From assembly GCA_014728015.1 (NCBI GenBank), contig WJMI01000206.1, forward strand, positions 3,266-67,265: a stretch of 64,000 bases of DNA, written 5' to 3'. The translations under genes were made by a program, and so were the position numbers. The first letter of the stretch is position 1; each line of letters begins with the position of its first letter. Origin of the DNA: Chitinivibrionales bacterium. GTDB lineage: Bacteria; Fibrobacterota; Chitinivibrionia; Chitinivibrionales; WJMI01. Below the pieces are notes generated by a model. The model did no database searches. It saw only the letters and a program-made list of their open reading frames with translations, and was not told the origin of the DNA. Of the stretch, positions 19,367-26,861 are shown piece after piece.

Positions 19367-19510
19367 GCATCCTCCCGCGCAGGCGATCCCGATCCGGTGA
19401 GTCAACAAAATAGTACTCCGGCGGCGCCGTCTGTTTCTTCCCGTATCGCATGATGGTTGTGCCATGTATTTTATCTACAGAAGGTTTGCCACCGGACCTT
19501 GATTCGTACC

Positions 19511-20248
19511 ATGACACAAGGGACACGCGGAATATTTATCGTTGCTTCGGGCGAGACGTGCCGAACCGAGGCTCGTTTTGCTTTGGAGCGGCTGCGGCGC
19601 AGCAATCCGGCCGTACCGGTAACGGTATTCACCGATAAACCAGGCGCCTTCGACGGGAACGCGTCATCTCCGGTTGGTGTCGAGGTGCTTGAGAGCCCGC
19701 AATTCTCGTTTATTGACAAAATACACGGGTTCCTCAACGCGCCGTACGATTACAATATCTACATGGACAGCGATACCGCCGCCGTTGGCGCCATCGGAGA
19801 TCTGTTCGCCCTTCTCGATCGATTCGACCTGGCTGCGTGCATGGGTGTCGGCGCGCACGGCCGGCGCTATAACGCCTGCTCGCGCGACGATATTCCCGAA
19901 TCGTTCGCTGAACTGAATACCGGCGTCGTGTGTTTCCGGCGTTCCCCGGCATCCCGCGCCGTGTTTGACCGGTGGCTCGAGCTCTACACGTCCCACCCGG
20001 AACACGTTCACGACCAGCCCGCCTTTCGGGAGGCCGTATTCGAGTCCGCGCTCTCACTGTATGTACTGCCGCCGGAGTTCAACTACCTGCCGGGTTTTGG
20101 TGTCCTGTCGGGTAACGTGCGCGTATTTCATTCACCGCGAATTGCCGCGGACCCGCGGGCATTCGAGAGGTTCGAAAAGCAGATCAATCAGAGCGATGAC
20201 GTGCGGCTCTTCGTCCCGCCCGGGAAACTGTATACCCTCCGCCGGTGA
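19511..20248 (+). CDS. putative nucleotide-diphospho-sugar transferase (GT-A-like glycosyltransferase)
   Basis: ORF 19457..20248 trimmed to ATG 19511. IFIVASGE...VTVFTD, YMDSDT (DxD) and NTGVVCFRR resemble GT8-type/GT-A folds. Family not verified. Confidence 0.5.
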   Translation: MTQGTRGIFIVASGETCRTEARFALERLRRSNPAVPVTVFTDKPGAFDGNASSPVGVEVLESPQFSFIDKIHGFLNAPYDYNIYMDSDTAAVGAIGDLFALLDRFDLAACMGVGAHGRRYNACSRDDIPESFAELNTGVVCFRRSPASRAVFDRWLELYTSHPEHVHDQPAFREAVFESALSLYVLPPEFNYLPGFGVLSGNVRVFHSPRIAADPRAFERFEKQINQSDDVRLFVPPGKLYTLRR

Positions 20249-20352
20249 GCGAATGACATGTATTGCGAAAAGGTGCTTTACGGTCTGAAACCAAACACCT
20301 ATATTACCGATAGAAGGTCTCAGCCGTAACTCGAAGCAACGAGGAGGTTGTG

Positions 20353-20748
20353 ATGTCGTCTGCCAGCAATATCCTTCAAGAGCCCCGGTACAAGGATACG
20401 CCCGCCCTTCTTCTGTTCGAGATTTATGCTCTCGATGCCGTCGGCGAGCTTTCCGCACAGAAGCGCGAAGGCATTGAACAGCTCGATCTCAAAAAGATGT
20501 TCAATGTGGAAGCCGGCGATTGGAAAGCGGCGGTGAAGCAAATCCTGAAGCTTTCCGGGACCATCGATGTGGCCATCCTGGATCGCTGGTATACTCTGAA
20601 GGAACAGGGCGAGGCCGATGCCGAGGCGTTCGCCAGGGATCTTGCCGACGAGTATTTCAAGGATGGGAGCGCGGTGGACGTGTGGCCCGAAGGCGCGCTC
20701 GATGCGGCCAACAGGCATATCGAGGAGTGCCGCGCGAAGGGCCTGTAG
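20353..20748 (+). CDS. hypothetical acidic cytoplasmic protein
   Basis: AGGAGG 6 nt before ATG 20353; 131 aa; no recognisable motif. Confidence 0.5.
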   Translation: MSSASNILQEPRYKDTPALLLFEIYALDAVGELSAQKREGIEQLDLKKMFNVEAGDWKAAVKQILKLSGTIDVAILDRWYTLKEQGEADAEAFARDLADEYFKDGSAVDVWPEGALDAANRHIEECRAKGL

Positions 20749-20841
20749 GCCGGTCGAAAAAACGCCTGGATTCGCACCACGCCATGTCCGCGCAGCAGCG
20801 GGCGGGGGTTCCGCCGTTCAATTCTTGCGGAGGGTTGCTCG

Positions 20842-21396
20842 ATGAGAACGCGTTTGCTTGCGGGGGGAGCGGTCATTACCGGCATGTGTCTCATGCAATG
20901 CGCGCCCGCGGTCGACGGGCAGACACATATCGGCCGGAGTGCCGAGGAACATGTCACGCTCGGGCTTGTCCGCGGCATGGCCGAGGGATGCGGCCGCCCG
21001 CTGTACGACTTCGTGCGTATCCTGCCCGATGGGTCTTCGTTGAAGGGCGGCGACGGGCTCGGCTACCGGATCCCCGCCGACAGGAACCTGATTGTCACCG
21101 ATGTTGACTGGCAGTACACCCACCCGAAACGTGCCGAGGCGGCGGGCAAGACACAAGTCCTGCGGCTGTTCGTGCAAAACAGGTCGGACCGGACCGAACA
21201 GGCGCGGGTGTTCGAATCGACGGTTACCTTGAGCAGCCAGGGCGAAGGCGGTGCGAGCGAGCGAATGACTACCGGTTTCGTAATATCCTCCGCCGCGCGC
21301 ATTTGCCCTGAAGTCGTGCCTGGTCCCGATGGCCCGCCATCCGGGCTCCTGCACATGATTTTGAGGGGCTATTTCATTCCCGCAACGGCACCGTAA
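20842..21396 (+). CDS. hypothetical secreted protein
   Basis: GGAGGG box before the ATG. N-terminal MRTRLLAGGAVITGMCLMQCAPA signal-like segment. No family recognised. Confidence 0.5.
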   Translation: MRTRLLAGGAVITGMCLMQCAPAVDGQTHIGRSAEEHVTLGLVRGMAEGCGRPLYDFVRILPDGSSLKGGDGLGYRIPADRNLIVTDVDWQYTHPKRAEAAGKTQVLRLFVQNRSDRTEQARVFESTVTLSSQGEGGASERMTTGFVISSAARICPEVVPGPDGPPSGLLHMILRGYFIPATAP

Positions 21397-21424
21397 CGCG
21401 GCCCGTATTATGGGAGAGCACACC

Positions 21425-21808
21425 ATGACTGACCAGGAACAACGGCGCGCGGTCGGCGCTCGCACGCAACTGATTTCCCTCATCGTATCCGGCGCGGTTC
21501 TGCTTGCGTCCCTGGCCGGCGGTATCACGATGGTCGCCGGGGTCCTCGAAGGGTTTGGCGCCGACGCGTTCCTTTCGCCGCTGCGACTCTCGACCCAGAT
21601 CCTCGGTCAGCTTCCAGGCTTCGCAATATTCATTGTAGTTGTATCGCATGTCCTGATCCTTGGTCTTGTGGTGCGCACACTGGCGGTCCCTCGCCTGCGG
21701 CAGAGCAGCCTTTGGTACGCGGTTCCTGCGTCCATTGTTCTCCTGGCGGGCTACTGGTTTCTCGCGTGTCGCGGCGTCGTGACGGTAATCCAGCGCCTGA
21801 GCGAGTAG
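21425..21808 (+). CDS. hypothetical integral membrane protein (about 4 TM segments)
   Basis: ORF 21410..21808; ATG 21425 is preceded by GGGAGAG. Hydrophobic stretches LISLIVSGAVLLASLAGGITMVAGV, FAIFIVVVSHVLILGLVV, AVPASIVLLAGYWFLA. Confidence 0.5.
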   Translation: MTDQEQRRAVGARTQLISLIVSGAVLLASLAGGITMVAGVLEGFGADAFLSPLRLSTQILGQLPGFAIFIVVVSHVLILGLVVRTLAVPRLRQSSLWYAVPASIVLLAGYWFLACRGVVTVIQRLSE

Positions 21809-21977
21809 GTATGTTGGATTATGGGAAAGACCGATGCTCTCCGAAGTGCCAGCAAGTATATTAACCTTTAGCGGACGATACGCTTCCCCCTCATGTACAC
21901 ATCAGGTGCTACCGTGTTCAGGGCGCATGCCCCAGAGGCAGAGCTTTGTTCTTTTGGAAACCCAGGAGCCTGGTCAT

Positions 21978-23860
21978 ATGATGCGGAGCCGTAGCCATTC
22001 CCATGCACGAGCGCGGCAGCGCAGGCTTGCCGGCCTTTGCCTCTTTCTTGCCTGGATCTCGGGCGCGAGCGCAGTGGCCATGGACAACGTGCGGATCACG
22101 GTCATGGCCGGAGAGCGGCAGACGTTTCACGGGTTGGGCGCGAGTTTCCACGGCGGTCAGGACTACAACCGCCTGCCGCAAACATACGGGATGAAATGCA
22201 TGCTTTCCTGTGGGATTCGCTGAAATTCAGACATATGCGCCTGTGGCAGCGCATGAGCGAGAGCCGGTGCGACGTCGCGAACGATCTCTGCACGAAGTAC
22301 ATGGCGGACAATTACGGCAAGACTGTTGCCGATGCGATCAAGGGCCGGCCGCATCTCACTATCCACATGGGTCCGGGATATAATCCCACCAACTCGCTGA
22401 AGACCCATGCGGCGCAGCATGCGAAGCAAATCAACCGGCTGATCACGGAATACGGATTTCCGATTGCCTGGACCGGCATCTCCAACGAGCCTGATAACGG
22501 CGACAAACTCACGCCTGAAACAGCCGCCCAGTTGGTAAAGTATTATCGCCAGGAACTTGACAGGTACGATGCGACCAGGCCTGTCAAGATACTCGCCCCC
22601 GAAAACAGCGGGTGCAACCTGAAGGCGATTGCCATGGTCGAGCAGATCAACGCCGACGATGAGGCGCTCGCCGCCCTCGACGCCTATTCCACACATTCAT
22701 ACAACGAGTCGATTTCGGATTGGATGGAAGATATCATGTGGCCCTTCCATGAGGCCAACCGGGCGGCCGGCGGCACGAAACAGCACTGGATGACCGAGGC
22801 TTCGAGCTTCGCCTGCGAGGGATGGGATGATGCGTTCGAGGCATCATCCAATATGTCCCGGGTCCTGGCCGATATGAACCACCTGTGCAATGTCTGGGTA
22901 TACTACATCGGTATCGGCGTCCGGAACTCTCTCTGGAACATCGATTGCCCGCTGCAGACAGACGGAATCCGTGACGGCAACGGGTTCCATATGGTCCTCT
23001 TCCGCCGGGACGAGCAGGACTGGCGGGCGCTGCTCAAAGCGTACTATTTCAAACAGCTGGGGGCGACGTTCGACTACCGCTGCATTTTTCGCAAAGCGCA
23101 GACACACATTTGGGAATTGAATGACTGGGGGAATTGCGACTGCAACGATGAAGATAACACGCTGCCGGATTGCGAATACTGCCGTCGCGAAGACACCACC
23201 ATGGTCTATGCGTTCGGCCGCAAGGCCCCGTTGTACCTTGCCGCGGCAAAAAATCCTGATTCGAGCTGGGGCGTTGCGGTCACAAACTATACGGGCGATA
23301 TTGCACCGACGGCGTTCTCCGAGTTGTTCGGGCCGCGGAACTATCGTGTCACCGTCACGATAGAGGAATTGGCCGACACGGCAGACATGGTGTTCCGCGC
23401 GTACCGCTGCAACCGGATGGCGCTTCACGGGCCGACTGCGTGCGAGGAGGAAGGGCCCGTGGTGCTGAACCAGGGAACGATGGTCATCGATTCCATTGGT
23501 TCGTTCGATCTGGTCACGCTCCGTTCATATCCGCTGGATAACGATGTCGCGATGCGCGGGGGCCGATCTCCGGGTTTTTTCTCGGTAGCCGGGACAGGGA
23601 CCGCGGCGCATCCGATACAGATCCGGTTTGCGACCGTGCCCGGCACAGAAGGCGGCGCGCAAAACCTGCATGTGGCAATCTATGACCTTTCCGGCAGGGA
23701 AGTACGGACATTGTTTGCCGGATTGAGCAGGCCGGGGGCGCATCGCCTGGTGTGGGACGGGACCGACAACCGGGGAGATGCGGTATCGCGCGGCGTGTAC
23801 GCGCTCAGGCTCATCTATGCAGGCCGCATGGCACGAAGCGGCATTCTCGTGAAAAGATAG
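21978..23860 (+). pseudogene. GH30-like glycoside hydrolase with T9SS-type C-terminal domain, interrupted by a frameshift near 22165..22195
   Basis: Signal peptide and GH30-like start (MMRSRSHSHARARQRRLAGLCLFLAWISGASAVA/MDNV...ERQTFHGLGASFHGG) lie in the frame of ORF 21834..22223. The rest (RDEMHAFLWDSL..., WTGISNEPD, C-terminal VAIYDLSGREVRTLFAGLSRPGAHRLVWDGTDNRGDAVSRGVYALRL) lies in the frame of ORF 22037..23860. Confidence 0.6.
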
Positions 23861-23887
23861 TCGCGTGCATAGCCGGACGCGGCGAAG

Positions 23888-25510
23888 ATGGAATCGCGCG
23901 TGAGACGAAAAACGATGCTGTTCAAGACGACAATAACAATGCTTGCGGTCTGCGCCCTGGCGGTGCGGGGAAAAGAGTATCCCCGCGTGGAATATGCGGG
24001 AGGAGTCACGTATGGCATTACAAAGGTTGTGCACAGCAATGTTGCTCCGCAGCTGGAGATAACCGACGACACCACCTATTTCAACGGTGCCTGGATACAG
24101 AACTTCAGCGGCAATATCGGCATCGATGCGATACTGAGCCCGCATCTGTCATTGCACACCGGCATCAGCGCCGGTATTTGGCACACGTTCCAGACGGTGC
24201 GGTCCGGGTACTACTTTGCGACCAGCGGACGGAAGGCATCGCGTGATATCCCCACGATAAATGTCCAATACCGTTTCGGCGATCCCGGCGCCGGGCACAC
24301 GCCGTTGAAGATTACCGCGGGATTCTTCGACTACCGCTACGAGAGCGATGCGAAAAGCCTGGGGTTATACCTTTTCAACAGCGAGGCCTACCCGGGCATA
24401 GTCTATGCCGCCGGCGAACGGAAGATTTTCGGACTCGGGCTGCACAGCGACCTGCCGGCAATTTTGTCGCACGATGTTCTCGCCTACACGGACCCGTATT
24501 CCAGTTCCGATTTTGACGTGTCGTTTGCCTATGTTGCGTGTCTCACGCCAGGTCCGCTGTTCAATGTGGGCGCGGGTATCGCGCTGCATCGCATTTTGAA
24601 AGACGATCCCGATTTGACCGACAGGAGTACTTATTCGGAGGATTCGTACAGTGCCGGCGAGATCGCGCGGATAGATTCCGGATTGAGCGTTCGGGACCTG
24701 GAACCCACTATCTACTACAGCAAAGCCGGCACCAAGGTGATGCTCCGCGCCGCCTTCGATCCGTCGCCCTTGCTCGAACAGAGTGCATTTTTTGGACCGT
24801 CAGACCTGAAGGTCTACGCCGAAGCCGCTATTCTGGGGCTCAAGGACTACCCGAATTCCTATGAATCCCCGTCGCGGGGATACACCGATATACTCGAGCG
24901 CATCCCTGTCATGGGCGGTATCAATGTGCCGACTCATCCGATTGTCGGCAACGGGATTGCACCGCTCGGCCTGGCGATGTTTCTCATCGGCACCGAGCCG
25001 GACAGTGTCAAGGTACTCGAGGCTGACACGGTGATTGTCCCGACTGGTGAGTTTCATGGCAACTACGAGCTGTTCGACACCACGATCACCCAGAATACGG
25101 AGATAATAGAACGCGGACTTCGTTACAAACCCCAGCGGCTGGTTGTCGCGGGCGTGCTGTCCGCTATCGCCGGGGCGGGAACGTTTCTGCTCGAGCGGCG
25201 CCTGGGCAGGGAGCTGCGGCTCGATCGCATAGCAGTCGAGGTCGAATACTATGGCACGCCCTACCGCAACGTACTGCTTGGCGACCGCGCCCTGCCGGTA
25301 TTGCATCTCTATCAGGATCGCGCCGACGAAGACAACATACGGTGGGCGGTGCACTTTGAGAAGTCGTTCATGGACCGGGTAACCTTTTCCGGGCGTGTTG
25401 CCTGCGATCATCTCAAGCTGAAAAACGAATATGGCTGGTGGGCGCCGGAAGAGATTGTCGAGCGCATTGGCGAATGGTACTGGGCAACCGGCCTGAGTGT
25501 AAGCTTCTAA
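23888..25510 (+). CDS. OM beta-barrel-like protein, paralogue 1 of 3 (uncharacterised family)
   Basis: 540 aa. Signal-like MLFKTTITMLAVCALAVRG. Shares blocks with the next two genes (GFFDYRY, LGLYLFNSEAYPG, DLKVYAEAAILGLKDYP, ERIPVMGG, VEVEYYGTPY, DHLK). Ends EWYWATGLSVSF. Confidence 0.7.
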   Translation: MESRVRRKTMLFKTTITMLAVCALAVRGKEYPRVEYAGGVTYGITKVVHSNVAPQLEITDDTTYFNGAWIQNFSGNIGIDAILSPHLSLHTGISAGIWHTFQTVRSGYYFATSGRKASRDIPTINVQYRFGDPGAGHTPLKITAGFFDYRYESDAKSLGLYLFNSEAYPGIVYAAGERKIFGLGLHSDLPAILSHDVLAYTDPYSSSDFDVSFAYVACLTPGPLFNVGAGIALHRILKDDPDLTDRSTYSEDSYSAGEIARIDSGLSVRDLEPTIYYSKAGTKVMLRAAFDPSPLLEQSAFFGPSDLKVYAEAAILGLKDYPNSYESPSRGYTDILERIPVMGGINVPTHPIVGNGIAPLGLAMFLIGTEPDSVKVLEADTVIVPTGEFHGNYELFDTTITQNTEIIERGLRYKPQRLVVAGVLSAIAGAGTFLLERRLGRELRLDRIAVEVEYYGTPYRNVLLGDRALPVLHLYQDRADEDNIRWAVHFEKSFMDRVTFSGRVACDHLKLKNEYGWWAPEEIVERIGEWYWATGLSVSF

Positions 25511-25536
25511 TGCGCATCTGTCAGCTACCGGAAGTC

Positions 25537-26820
25537 ATGACTACTACGATGATGACGGCAAATATGAGATCGGTTCTTTGCCTGTGTGCGACCATACTTG
25601 GCGCAACGGCTGCCGCCGGGCGCGCGGAGGTGTCGTTCAAACCGCATGTGGAAGTGTACCACTCGGTCCTGCGCATTGAGGAGTCCAACGAGGCATCGCA
25701 GATAGAGTTCATGAACAGAACCGGAGATGTGAGTTATTACTCCGACAACTCGGGCGCGGTCATCCAGAGTCTCGGCGGCCGCCTCGGCCTGAGCGCCCGG
25801 TTCGGCGCCAGGCTGTCAGCCACGTTTACCTATGACAACCATATCTGGCACGTGTTCCAGGGGCGGGACATGCCGGTGTATGACAATACTGAGAAGATCG
25901 CCGGCGGTGTCCATGAAGGTTACTTGAAAGTAGCGCTGGGGCCCATGCCTGCCGCGCCCGTTGTCCTGCGGCTGGGCTATTTTAACATGCGCTATGCCCC
26001 GGAGGTCATGAATCTGGGAGAATACCTCTTCAGGACCGGCGTCTACCCCGGCTACGTACTGTCGGGCGGCGAAGGTATCGAATTGCTGGGCGCCCATGTG
26101 CAGACGACAATCGTGCCCCACCTGACCCAGGACCTGCTGTTTACCTCCGAAATAAACATTTTCCCGGCGTACGACTATTCCCTCAGCTATCTGGCCCGGG
26201 TCGACATTCTTAACATCGCGGAAATCGGCGCAGGCGCAATGCTCTACCGGGTAGTCTCGGTACGTGAGGAAAACACGTATAACGCGCTGTCATATGTGGG
26301 GGACGGGGCCGACACTACCCGGATACCACTGAGCGGCAACAAACTCATGGGACGGCTTGTCATTGACCCGAAACCGCTGTTCAATCCCGGTCGCATGGGA
26401 CCGGAAGATCTGAAACTCTACTGTGAAGCCGCGCTCCTGGGGACCAAGGACTACCCCGAGATGTACGAAGATATCCGGGAACGCGTACCGGTTATGGCCG
26501 GGGTGCATGTGCCGATGTTCAACCTGCTTGATGTCCTTGCCGTGGAAGTGGAATGGTATGGGACGCCCCACGGATGCAATCCGGAGAACAGCGCGACGGC
26601 CGTTCCCCTGGTGCAGGAACAATTTCGCTATGGCGATAGAGATGACTGGAAATGGGCGGTGACCGCAACCAGGGAAATCGTGGACGGGTTCGAGGTGACC
26701 GCACGGGCCGCCCGTGACCATTTGCGCATGGAAGACGGCAACGGATGGTACCAGCCGCGCGAGCTTATGAAACTCCCGGGAGACTGGTACTGGTCTGTCC
26801 GATCGAGTATTCGCTTCTGA
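25537..26820 (+). CDS. OM beta-barrel-like protein, paralogue 2 of 3
   Basis: ORF 25438..26820. Candidate starts are 25510 (TAATG overlap with paralogue 1), 25537 and 25564. Signal peptide MRSVLCLCATILGATAAAGRA. GYFNMRY, LGEYLFRTGVYPG, DLKLYCEAALLGTKDYP, ERVPVMAG, VEVEWYGTPH. Ends DWYWSVRSSIRF. Confidence 0.7.
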   Translation: MTTTMMTANMRSVLCLCATILGATAAAGRAEVSFKPHVEVYHSVLRIEESNEASQIEFMNRTGDVSYYSDNSGAVIQSLGGRLGLSARFGARLSATFTYDNHIWHVFQGRDMPVYDNTEKIAGGVHEGYLKVALGPMPAAPVVLRLGYFNMRYAPEVMNLGEYLFRTGVYPGYVLSGGEGIELLGAHVQTTIVPHLTQDLLFTSEINIFPAYDYSLSYLARVDILNIAEIGAGAMLYRVVSVREENTYNALSYVGDGADTTRIPLSGNKLMGRLVIDPKPLFNPGRMGPEDLKLYCEAALLGTKDYPEMYEDIRERVPVMAGVHVPMFNLLDVLAVEVEWYGTPHGCNPENSATAVPLVQEQFRYGDRDDWKWAVTATREIVDGFEVTARAARDHLRMEDGNGWYQPRELMKLPGDWYWSVRSSIRF

Positions 26821-26861
26821 TATGAACCAGAGCGGCGCGTATCGGCCGGGGTCAGATATTC

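Noticed and set aside
19471-19479. DnaA-box-like TTATCTACA at the strand-switch point, suggesting a possible replication origin
   Set aside because: It is a single copy with one mismatch to TTATCCACA. There is no cluster of boxes, no AT-rich unwinding element and no dnaA/dnaN nearby. It more likely belongs to the recurrent A/T promoter-like box.
22165-22195. Programmed -1 ribosomal frameshift in the GH30-like gene
   Set aside because: No X-XXY-YYZ slippery heptamer or obvious downstream pseudoknot/hairpin at the frame junction. A mutation or sequencing indel is the simpler explanation.
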